A program made the position numbers and the translations under genes. The notes under the pieces are model-generated. The model was not told the origin of the DNA, did no database searches, and saw nothing but the letters and a program-made list of their open reading frames with translations. DNA of 64,000 nt. Source: Azolla caroliniana (Eukaryota > Plantae > Polypodiophyta). Positions 23,430 to 34,917 of this stretch are shown here, in pieces. Positions within the stretch are counted from its first letter, which is position 1, and each line of letters starts with the position of its first letter. The stretch is from the NCBI GenBank assembly GCA_043228905.1, contig JBHGNT010000014.1, positions 8,742,001 through 8,806,000 of the forward strand. Direction: 5' to 3'.

Positions 23430-24435
23430 CCGGTGTAAGTGGAGGTGGGACAATCCCCTTGACGTAGTCTTCGAATTTTATTGATCGCCATTCTAACACT
23501 ATCAATGTCTCCAAAGTTTGCTTTAAATTCTTTAATAAAACCTTCAAAGTCTTAAAGGAGAGGAGATTTCTTTTCTGGCAGTGGTGCAAACCATGCTAAT
23601 GTCATTCCTATTAAGAGGGTTCTTACTAGTCCAACTCGAGTTGTATTGGTTGGATATCTATTAGGATGCATATGAATTACTAGAAGCACCTGGTTTAGAA
23701 ATCCTCAAAACAGTGATCGATTACCATCGAACTTCCCGGGCAACCAAATCTTTGGTTCTTTGGGAGAGCTTTGTTGCATCAAAATTTGTTGATGAAGAGA
23801 CCGCAATGTTGTTTCGAGTTGCAATACAAGTGTTGATAACTCGTCATATTGTTGCGCCTTTTCTATGCTCGTTGTAAATCTCCAAGCACAAGTGTTGATA
23901 ACCCAGGCAACCAAATCTTTGGTTCTTTGGGAGAGCTTTGTTGCATCAAAATTTGTTGATGAAGAGACCGCAATGTTGTTTCGAGTTGCAATACAAGTGT
24001 TGATAACTCGTCATATTGTTGCGCCTTTTCTATGCTCGTTGTAAATCTCCAAGCACAAGTGTTGATAACCCAAGCAACCAAATCTTTGGTTCTTTGGGAG
24101 AGCTTTGTTGCATCAAAATTTGTTGATGAAGAGACCGCAATGTTGTTTCGAGTTGCAATACAAGTGTTGATAACTCGTCATATTGTTGCGCCTTTTCTAT
24201 GCTTGTTGTAAATCTCCAAGCACAAGTGTTGATAACCCAGGCAACCAAATCTTTGGTTCTTTGGGATAGCTTTGTTGCATCAAAATTTGTTGATGAAGAG
24301 ACCGCAATGTTGTTTCGAGTTGCAATACAAGTGTTGATAACTCGTCATATTGTTGCGCCTTTTCTATGCTCGTTGTAAATCTCCAAGCACAAGTGTTGAT
24401 AACCCAAGCAACCAAATCTTTGGTTCTTTGGGAGA
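23430..24435 (-). pseudogene. Ty3/gypsy gag remnant (Tcn1-like / PEG10-RTL-type capsid)
   Basis: EPKIWLPGKFDGNRSLF*GFLNQVLLVIHMHPNRYPT...LAWFAPL... and MAINKIRRLRQGDCPTSTY. Confidence 0.75.
23739..24435. repeat. Tandem array, 167-bp unit x ~4.2, made from gag sequence
   Basis: Units start at 23739, 23906, 24073, 24240 and 24407 and differ by only a few SNPs. Confidence 0.96.
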
Positions 24436-24989
24436 TAAATGACTATATTTTATTATAATAGGAAAATATACAAGAGAAAGAACTAGAATATTTGCCAAAG
24501 ACTAGTGTTGAACCAGAATTGTTAAGAGTCTATTACTAATCAATAGACCAAAGTAAAGTAAAAGAAGGAAAATAGATTGGATAGAAGAACCCGTTCCACC
24601 CGACCCATGATCTAGACATAGCCAACTTACCACCGACGTCCCATACCGCCGGATATTAGGATGACTAATACCTTGGAAGAGATAAACACGATCGTCGAGA
24701 CGAAAGCCTAGCCTGCACCACTAGTGCCTAAGATAACAGCCTTTCGACGTAATGTCCTTATGAGGGTAGCTAAGCCTCATATTTATACCTTTTCCTAGGC
24801 CCCTTGAATATATGTGCCTTTCTAAAAGGCTCTCCATTCATTGGTTATCCAAATCATGATAGTGCATGCACCTATCATTCCTTCTATCTAATCATTGCTC
24901 CCCTTTTTAACATTAGTGAACATACCCTTCACTAATGTAAATATTAGTGACCTACCCTCACCAACGTTATGTGTACATAATATATTCCC

Positions 24990-27900
24990 CTACTTCAAAA
25001 GATTGTACTCTTGCAATATAAAGTGAGGAAATTGTGCGTTAAGAGTATGCTCGCGTTCCCATGTGGCATCATCAATAGATTTATCCATCCATTTGATCTT
25101 GAATAGCCGAATCTCTTTAGAACGTAAACGTTTAGTACGAGAATCCATAATTCGTTCAGGAACATGAGGTTTGTAAGAAAAATCCTCGAATATTACGAGA
25201 TCTTGGATTGTGATGGTGTTATCACCAGAGCCTAAAATTGGTTTTAGACGACTGACATGAAAAACAGGATGAATACCAACGTTACGGGGTAAGGCAAGGT
25301 GATAAGAAGATGACCCAACCCCGCTTAAGGATTTCAAATGGGCCACAATAACGCAAAAAAAAAAATTGACCAATAGTAAATGCACGAGGACGTTTATCCT
25401 GATCAACATAGAATCGAGCACGATCTTGAGTTGTCTTGGCATTCTCTTTGGCAATATGCAACATTTGGTTCATGTCTTGCAAAAAAATGCGTGTATTGTC
25501 TAATGTATCACGATGAATCATGACATCAACTGGGGCACGTGGCTGAAAACCATACATCAACATAAAAGGACTATATCTAGTGGATGTAGGTTTATGGCTA
25601 TTATAGGCAAATTCTAAGATAGGAAGGTATTGCTCCCACTTAGAAGGGGTTTTTGCTATATATGCTCGAAGCATGTCGTCAATAATTTGATTAACTCGTT
25701 CAGTTTGTCCATCAGACCGAGGATGATCTATGGAACTCATGCTCAACGTAGTTTCTAGTTTCTTAAAGACCTGAGTCCAAAAGTCACTAGTAAACTTGGA
25801 ATCTTGATCACTAACAATATCCATCGGTAATCTATAAAAGCGAAATAACTCATCAACAAATTGATAAGCCAATTGTTGAGCGGTTACCATGGTTTTGGGA
25901 GGAATAAATCTAGCCAATTTTGTTAGTTTGTCAACGACAACCCAAATGGAATCATGATGCCTCTGTGTACGAGGTAAACTAACAATAAAATCCATCGAGA
26001 TACTTTCCCATTCGTTGTTGGGAATATCTAAGGAATGTAAAAGACTCGCAGCTTTAAGTCGTTCTGACTTATTAATCTAACATTGTAAGCATTGAGTTAC
26101 GTATTTATGCACGTTAGAGCGCATCTTAGGCCAGAAAAAAGTACTCGAGATGAGAACGAGTGTGCGTTGCATTCCAGGATGACCAGTAGATGGTGCATCA
26201 TGACATTCATGAAGAATTTTCTGTTTTATGTTTGGTAAATCGGAAACACAAACCTTTCCACTATGGTTGAGCAAATCGTTTGTAATGTGAAAGGTCGCCT
26301 TCGAGGGTAGGGTGCTCGTATCGGCATCTAAACCAGATTCGGCTTTTGTCCAGTATTTCGAAAAATAACTGTCATCAAGGTATTTCCCTCGAAGGTGATC
26401 TAAAAGATCAGATTTTATTTCCGTGAAGTTAAGCATGTTAACTTCTTTAGTGTGACTAAGAGCATCCGCAACAACGTTCATAGAACCCTTGCGATACCGT
26501 ATGGAAAAATCAAATTCCTTCATAAGGTCAGCCCAACGGCCTTTACGACCTACAAGATGTAGCTGGTCACAAAAATACTTCAATGATTGATGGTCTGTTG
26601 TAACCACAAATTTATTTCCATAGAGATAGTGCTTCCATGTTTTAAGTGCATGTATTACTGCAAACAACTCTTTCTCTTGAACCGAATACCGAGATTGAGT
26701 AGCATCAAGCTTCTTACTTTCAAAAGCAATAGGGTGACCGCCTTGATAAAGAATGACACCAATAACATAATCACTAGCATCAGTTTCGATTGAGAAAGGC
26801 TTAGAGTGGGAGCCTGACACACATGCTCTTTGAGTGTCTCAAATGATTTGTCAAGTTGTTCATTCCATGCAATTGGTTTGACAGACTTACGTGGATGACC
26901 TTTTAAAAGGTTAGTTAATGGCGTAGTCAATTTGGAATAGTTACGAATTGATTTTCGTAAAAGTCCAACAAACCCTAAGAATGATCGTAAAAATCCAACA
27001 AACCCTAAGTCAATTTTCGTAGAATATCGGGCCCCATGCAAACGATCAATCAAATCATCGGCATTTTTAATTGTCATTTTATTCAAACGGAGATAATTGA
27101 TACACATTCGCCATGAACCTTCCTTCTTCTTAACTAATAGAACTGGCACACCCCAAGGTGATTTACTATACCTAATGTGGCCTATACTCAAGTATTCCTT
27201 AAGTTGTTTAGTGATGTCATCCTCTTCTAATCGACTAAGTCGGTAAGGTGGAATGCTCATAGGAGCAGCACCAGGGATGAGTTCAATTTGATGGTCCACA
27301 TTACGTTTTGGTGGTAAAGTAAGTGGCAATTCGTTAGGAAACACGTCTTGAAAATCGTCTAAAATAGAGTCGAGTAATTGTTGTTCATAATGTGATAATT
27401 TTGTGGTGTCAATATTAAAATAATAAAATTGAAGCGTAGGATCAATTACACATGAATAAATTAATGAAATAGAATACTCACTTAAAGATTTAGAAGACAC
27501 AAGTGAACAAGAAGGAAGTTTGGAACATTGAATAAAATGTTTACAATTATTAAGTTCAAATGTGATTGAGTGATTAACCCAATCAATGGACAAAGAAGGG
27601 TTTTTATTAAAAAACCAAGGGTATCCTAAAATGACATCTGCGGATTGTAGTTTCATAACATGAAAGTCAAGCTTCTCCAAATAGGTATCTATTTGAATTG
27701 ACAGTTGACAAACAATGCCACTGATGTATTGAACGCTTCCATTTGCCATGTGAACTTGATAGATATGATCACTTGCGTTTATGTGGAGTTCCATTTGCGG
27801 CACAAAGTGATCATTAAGAAAATTGTGAGAACTACTGAAATCAAACAAGAAATGTGCTTGTGTTCCATTGATATACCCGACTGCTCAGAGTAAATCATTA

Positions 27901-29008
27901 GGTCCAAGTAAATGTGAAGGAAAAGTGCATTCACATGAACTTAAGTGGTTGGTATGAACTTCAACAACATCAAAAGACTAACCTGTGTGAGTCGTATATT
28001 TTTCTTGAGGAGGGGTGGTCATTGAATTCCTCTCAAGACGACGATAGGTATCCTTTGTGTGGCCCCGCTTCTTGCAATATGCACAGAAGAGGTTCGGTTT
28101 CTTGGAGTCGCGGTCAAGAGTGTCATTGGATTGCTTACGTTTCCCAATGAACTTGACATTCGGAGTTTTGGTGAACTCAGGTTTATTGTGGTCTTTTTGG
28201 AAGTCCTATGGTACCGAAGTACAATGTTGATGACTTCGTCAAAAGTTGTGGGGTCCTTGTCATGGACAATCCAATGGTAATCCCCATTAGGAATACCATT
28301 CAAAAAGCAAGCAACAAACCATTTCTCACTCGTAAGTCCCGATTTTTGGATCTGGGTCCGAGCATGACGCACATAATCCTCGAGAGAGGTAAATGGCTTA
28401 CTCGACAACGTGAGCAAGTGTTGCGCTTGTTCAGTTTGAGAAGGTGGCTGCAAAAATTGTTTCTTAAAAACATCAACGAAACCTGCCCAAGTTATGGGTA
28501 AGTTCTTTGCAGTCCTTAGGTTGTGCCACCAAGCAGTAGCTCGGCCACCTAACTCACGATCGACATAACCAATTTTTACAGCATCGGGCTTGGGGTGGAG
28601 CTCAAAGTGAGACTCGCAACGACCAATCCAAGTGCTAATGGCCTCCTCGGTTCTTTCTTTCTTATCTCCCTTGAATGGCATTACTACGAAAGAAGGCTCA
28701 CCTTCTTTCTTGGACTCAATAGTCAATTCTTTGAATTTCTTTTCCAATGCCATATTGGCCTGCCTCATTTCGGCCAATTGATTCAAGGTAGTAGTGAGCA
28801 ATTGCTCAAAAGTGATCTCAACTTGTGTGCGAGATGCGGATTGGAGTTGAGAGGTCTCAGTCGGAGAGATTGCTCCAACAATGTTCAAAACTTGTTCCAT
28901 GATGCAAGCTGTGGTTATGCAATATAAATAAGGAGGTTCAGAAAATACACAAGCAAAATGAATGCTTGAAATTTTGATTGGAAGAACTTTACCAAGAAAG
29001 CATCTCAC
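24990..29008 (-). pseudogene. Element E gag-PR-RT(deleted core)-RNase H-integrase-chromodomain, frameshifted
   Basis: [74 protein letters not shown] and FKIKW...DATWE. Confidence 0.9.
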
Positions 29009-29894
29009 ATCTTTACCCCTCTAGACATATGAGATGTGATTCGAGATCCGATAACTATGGTAACACTATGGTGTTTTAAAAACCATGGGGGCAAACATAG
29101 CTACGATGTCATTCTCGGATCTCTATCTTGAGTAATCATGGTAGCTCTCCAAGGCTCAAGCATGGTTCCAACATCAATGTAATTTCCTAGTTAGCCTTAT
29201 ATTAATGCCAACCCAACATGTATTGATATGGTCGAGAAAGTGTATTACGTGGAAAAAAAACAAGTGCACTCGCAAGTAATATTCTAGTCTTGCGAGTAAC
29301 AAGCAAATGTGATGATAAAAATGATAAAATAAGGCACTACCCATTAGAGGCAAGTAATGACGAAAACAAGGGTAAAAAAACCCATGTGCTACCTACTAAA
29401 AAAAGAATGTCACAAATGAATGGGGGGTGCGAGGTATGCACATATACATCCCAATATGATGGTTGTAATTTGCACAATTGTGAAATAAGCCACAAATTGA
29501 TACGCAAAGATGTGGTACTCAAATCCATGAAGAAACATCAATAGAGGAACTCATGTGGTTTTACTTGAGTTCTAAGGCTCGATAATATGAGTTAAACGTA
29601 TATGATCCGTTGGAAAAAATCGTTAAAAAAAAACGGCATGATGCTCACTCCATACGAAAAAAATAGTCTACAAGGAAGCGTTACATCATAGGTAAACACA
29701 CGTAAATACTTTATACACGAAAAGGAAGGGGGGAAAGGAGAGTTAATTGTAGTCGAGTAAACAATAATTACAAGATAATCATATAAGTGAAATGACAATT
29801 TGTGGAATTAGAAATTAATTAGAATAATAAGCAATTAGGTGTATGGAACATTAAGCATGCCTTAAGGTACGAAACCCTAGAGTAGTGGACATGC

Positions 29895-30345
29895 ACCTCC
29901 TCAAGACCGCCACATCTCCCTAGAATCGGCCAAGTGATGGCTCAATAAAGAGTAAAGTGACATAGGTAAGCGACATATACCTCGTCAAAGCCACAACATC
30001 CCATAGAATCGGCCAAGTGATGGTTCAATAGAGAGTAGAGTGGCATAGGTAGGCGACATACACCTCGTCATGGCCACAACATCCCATAGACTCAGCCAAG
30101 TGATGGCTCAATAGAGGGAAGAGTGTCATACTCAACATCATATGCAAAAGGGCCATGGGGTGAGCTTGTGCGATTAGGGCAAACACGTTCGACCCAATGC
30201 ACAACAATAATTAATATCGTAAGAGAAGGCTCAAGAGAGGGGAGCATAGGAGATACATCGCAATATACAAAAGGGCCATGAGTTGAGCGTGTGTGATTAG
30301 TGCAAACACGCTCGGCCCGATGCACAATAATAATTAAAATCGTAT
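29895..30345. repeat. Degenerate tandem repeats in the element E leader (3 x ~80 bp, then 2 x ~120 bp)
   Basis: CATCCCATAGAATCGGCCAAGTGATGGCTCAATA recurs three times; AAAAGGGCCATG...CAAACACG...ATGCACAA.AATAATTAA recurs twice. Confidence 0.75.
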
Positions 30346-31038
30346 CGTGCTAGAAAGAAGAAAGAAAAGAAAAGAAAACGTAATATAAATTTGATTCGAC
30401 CAACAAGAACGCATCATAGAAAGAAGAGAGATTGAGAAAGAAGAATACTGGGTTTAGAGTGTTGTTTTGATCCTGAGAAGAGCATGATGAACCTTGTTAG
30501 ATCCCCATCACTCACATGCAAAAAATTATCAAAACAACAAAAAAATTTGTTAGTAAAAGCTCTGATACCACTGTTAAGAGTCTATTACTAATCAATAGAC
30601 CAAAGTAAAGTAAAAGAAGGAAAATAGATTGGATAGAAGAATCCGTTCCATCCCCGAGCTATGATCTAGTCATAGCCAACCTACCACCGACGTCCCATAC
30701 CGCCGGATATTCGGATGACTAATACCTTGGAAGAGATAAACACGATCGTCGAGACGAAAGCCTAGCCCGCACCACCGGTGCCTAAGACAACAACCTTCCG
30801 ATGTAATGTCCTTATGAGGGTAGCTAAGCCTCATATTTATACCTTTTCCTAGGCTCCTTGAATAGATGTGCCTTTCTAAAAGGCTCTCCATTCATTGGTT
30901 GTCCAAATCATGATAGTGCATGCACCTATCATTCCTTCTATCCAATCATTAGTCCCCTTTTTAACATTAGTGAACATACCCTTCACTAATATAAATATTA
31001 GTGACCTACCCTCACCAATGTGTGTACATAACAAGAAT

Positions 31039-31284
31039 GGTTCTAACAATATAATATGTCCTATTTATATAGGAGGAGTATGTGCCCCTTGGATGTTTGT
31101 AGGGTCATGATACCCTTTGGCATGTTGCAGGGTCATGATACCCTTTGGGATATTGAAGGGTCATGGCACCCTTTGGGATATTGAAGGGTGATGACACCCT
31201 TTGGATATTTATAGGGTTACTATATCAATATTATAATAAAATAAATTATAATATCTTTATGTACAACATATATAACCTAATGAC
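31039..31284 (-). mobile_element. Remainder of an LTR split by element E (other part 24436-24519), with a 28-29-bp minisatellite x ~5
   Basis: The sequence is continuous across the AGAAT TSD. TATATAAATAGG lies on the minus strand. CCCTTTGG.AT.TTG.AGGGTCATGA units span 31085-31218. Confidence 0.6.
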
Positions 31285-33030
31285 TAGAGCTGAGTGCTTC
31301 TCCTTAGGAGATCATCCTTTCCACCAGCATGACCAACTTTTGCCCGAACATGAGCTTGACCGGCATGTATCCGGTTACCGAACTCTACGTAGTCCGGTCG
31401 GCCCATAAAGCATAAGGAAGTAGTCTCAGGCCAGTTTTCGACCCGTCCATCGCATGCTCGTACTAACACCTTCACAATCGGCTTGTACCCGTGCTCGACC
31501 TTCCCGTTGACTTGCGGATTGTACGTTGTGGCGAGGGAGAGCTTTACCCCTAGCCGGTCAAACAACTCCTCTGTTTCTTGTGCGTCCAGCTCCCCTCGAT
31601 CGGCTACTATCTTCTCTATGCACCCATACCAGCAAATCACATCTTCGATCAGGAACCAACACACAACTGCGGTCTTCTTGTTCGACAATGCTTAGCCCTC
31701 CACCTGATTCGTCAGATCCTCCCATGCAAGCACCAAATATCACATTTGCCCTACCCCCATCGACATCGTCACTAAATTGACCATCCACTTAAAGTGAATG
31801 GTTAGCGGGTAGGTCGGGTGCAACTTGTCACAGTGCCGGATTCCGAAATGCATTTGACATCTCTCACATGTCGGCACAAGGTTGTGCACGTCCTTGTACA
31901 TTCCGGGCCACCAGTACTTCTCCTTTAGCTTTTCGGACGTGGCCCACGTGCTCCGATGTCCGAACCAAGGGCTTTCGTCAAAATCTGATACAACCATCGA
32001 CTGGTTCTCCTTCACCACCACCCATAGCGGTGTGCCACTATGCCTCTTCGGATGCCCCCGTATCTTACCATCTCGCAAGAGGAACTTGTATGCCTTCTTC
32101 CGGACCCGACCGACCTCTTCCTTCATCCACGCCACGTCCGGCATCATCATGCTTAGGAACCTTCCGACTTGAAGCCACTCTATGTCGTATTCATTCTCAT
32201 CAAACTCGTTAAGGGAGAGAGTGCTTTGTCTGTTAGCCGACATTCGAACCGACTCGAAGAAGTCCACGTCGACTTCTTTCTCTTCCGACACCATGTCGTC
32301 CTAGTTCTCGAACCGTGCTCATGAAAGCATGTCGGGCATGGTATTGTCTTTCCCAGAGATGTGTTGTATTTCCAGGTTTAGGGACTTAATGTACACGATT
32401 CACCTAAGCATTGCCAAGTCCGGAGTCGCACACCCAGAAACTATGCTAAGAATCGGTAGGCAATCTGTCTTGATTATCACTTCTGTCCTGATCAAATAGT
32501 CCTTATTGACGTTGGCCCCAAAACAATACCCCAAAGATCATGATTAACCTTGACATATCCTTGTTGCCACTCGCTCAACACCTTTGCACTGAACCGAATG
32601 GGGTAACACATGCCGGCCTTGTCCTCCTGGCTCACCACCCACCCGATTCCAGTCGGACTCACGTACATTGTCACATAGACCGAAGTTTCCGCCCTGTACA
32701 CCGCTTTTCGGAGAGCCGGTGCCATTCGAACTTCTGCCCTTTCTTCAATAAGCCGTAGAGTGGCTCGGCGTTGTGCCCGTAATGCGGGATCCATATATGG
32801 GAGAAGGCAAAGGCTCCCAGGAAATGTCACGCTTCCTTAACCGACCTACATTCTTCCTTCATTGTCGAGATGGCTTCTACCTTTATCCGAAGACAGTTTT
32901 TGGCCAGACGGTCCGCATAGGTAACCAACCACCAGGATCTCCGATTGTCCAAAACCCGAATTCTCCCCGGAGAAGGTAAGCCGAGCGCCCTCAAGCCACT
33001 ACAATATCCTCTCACAATCAGAGATGTGGT
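31284..33030 (-). pseudogene. Trp-family gypsy pol fragment (RT end, RNase H, integrase)
   Basis: APALRKAVYRAETSVYV...GIGWVVSQEDKAG is homologous to 16310-16425. Also GHRSTWAT...YWWPGMY...CERCQ and IVADRGELDA...YNPQVNGKVE. Confidence 0.85.
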
Positions 33031-34774
33031 ATGCTGTCGTGAAGATTCCGGGCCATGGTGAGAAACCGGGGAATATCGAAAGAATCGGCGGGGTGGAGCA
33101 TGTGCACTCACCCTTGTACAAATGGTGTAGGTCATAGGGGTGCCTTTATGGTGCCGAGTAGGAGTTAACTGGGGACAGAGAATCCCATGTAAATCGGGAT
33201 TTATCCCACATTGTAACGCATCCCTCTCTTTGTTCTATAAAAGGAAGGGAGGGTCCCTTGTAGAGGGGTTGCGCATTTTGAGTTAGGAGGGTATACCATT
33301 AGGTCCAAGCAATGATAATCTTCTTTTCTTACCTTTCTTGTTTTCTGTTAGGGTTCATGGAGTTCTTCTTCTTCGTCGTTGCCGTGTGGGTTGAGAGTTC
33401 GTGTCAGTTTAGGGTTTACTCCGGTTAGGAGCTCGTATGTCTAAAGGGGTTTAGGCTTCTACCCTATCTCTTGTGCAAGACCCTGCTCGGAGCGATGAGC
33501 CCGAGAGCTCCTTGATCGGCGGCTTGGCAGTGGACTACTATTGTAACCTAACCTACCTTGGTCCGGCTCAAAGCCGGAGTTGTATCTTGCTCCTGTAATT
33601 ATATATATATATATAAGGTTGTGCATATTTGTGTCTCTGTTGGTGTCGGGTGCGTTTCTTTCCCTTTGTTTCCTGTACATAAGAGGCGTGTGTTGAGTCG
33701 GTGTTGCGCGCGTGGTCTCTCTCTCTCTCCCTCTCTCGTGTTCGATAGCCGCCAGTACGCGTCCTGAATCGCTTCGGTTTGTGCCACAACCAGTGCACCC
33801 GGGACCGGAGAGTGTCGGATTCCCGACATCCATCTCTTCCTCGTTCGAGACCCCCGTGGTCCCGCCCCTTTCAACACGTACTCGCAGATCACCGCGACAT
33901 CTTTGGTGAACCCGACGTGAAAGGGCGGTAAGAGAGGATGGAGTCGGAAGACGATGACTTCACGGAGATGGTGGCCGAAGTGGTGTTGGACTTCAGACAA
34001 GTGGTGGTGAGGCGAGAAGTAGTGCAACGAGCTATTTGAGCGAGTGGCCGAAAGAGTCGGCCGTTTCAACGGGGACAAAGTCCCATTCTACTTGGAAGCC
34101 TACAACGCGGACATGGAGGTGCGAAGCATAGACGAGGCATTGAGGCTGGAGTTCTTCTGTCAGGTCGTTGCCGTCCGTATGCATGCGAAAATAAAGGAGC
34201 TCTGAGAAGCTCATATTTCGTGGGAGGCCTTCAAAGAGGCGCTCCTGCAGGCATATGGAGGATGGTGGAAGAGCTGGGGGCGACGCCACTACGACCAGTG
34301 GGTTGCATCGGCGAAGACCCACCGGGGCGCAACGAAGGTGTTCCAAGAGTTCGAGCGGCGGCTTGCTCGGCTCCCAGAGCGGGAGCAAAGTTTGGTGGGG
34401 GTGGACAAAGTCCTTTTGTTCGTTAGGTCGATCGACCGAGCAGAACGGGAGGCCATCAGGATTGAGCTCGAAGACGATGACGGAGCGCATGGCCTTACTA
34501 AGGACTGGTCGGAATTCAAACGAGTATGCCGACGGTTGGATGAGGAGCGGTCTGCGAAAGGCAAAAGGAAGATAACGCGCGACGGCGTGTCATCACGGCA
34601 GGAACTGGGCACGCAACAAGAAGGATCGCCAAAGCTCGATGTCGAAGCCTTGGTCTGAGAAGCGTACAAGGCTCTGAAGGCGATGGTTGAAGAAGAAGAG
34701 AGATCCGGCATGCGGACGGATTCCGAAGGCGTAGAGCTAGTCGGCCTTCCGAACAAGGCGGACATGGCCCAAGC

Positions 34775-34858
34775 TGTTGGGGAGAATGTCGTCTCTGCGG
34801 AAGATCAAGAAGCACTCGATTCCTGTTTGTCCCTGCGTATGACAGATTGTATGTCGTT

Positions 34859-34917
<59 letters not shown>

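Larger units (their letters stand above)
24520..31033 (-). mobile_element. Ty3/gypsy chromovirus element E (LTRs 24520-24982 and 30572-31033)
   Basis: LTR pair TGTTAAGAGTC...CATAA(C/T)A. TSD AGAAT at 24515-24519 and 31034-31038. iMet PBS 30559-30570. PPT at ~24985-24990. Confidence 0.95.

Noticed and set aside
23739-24435. CRISPR-like array, or a repeated small-gene cluster (MVAWVINT... ORFs)
   Set aside because: The units are contiguous with no unique spacers and no cas genes; the ORFs are by-products of repeated gag DNA.
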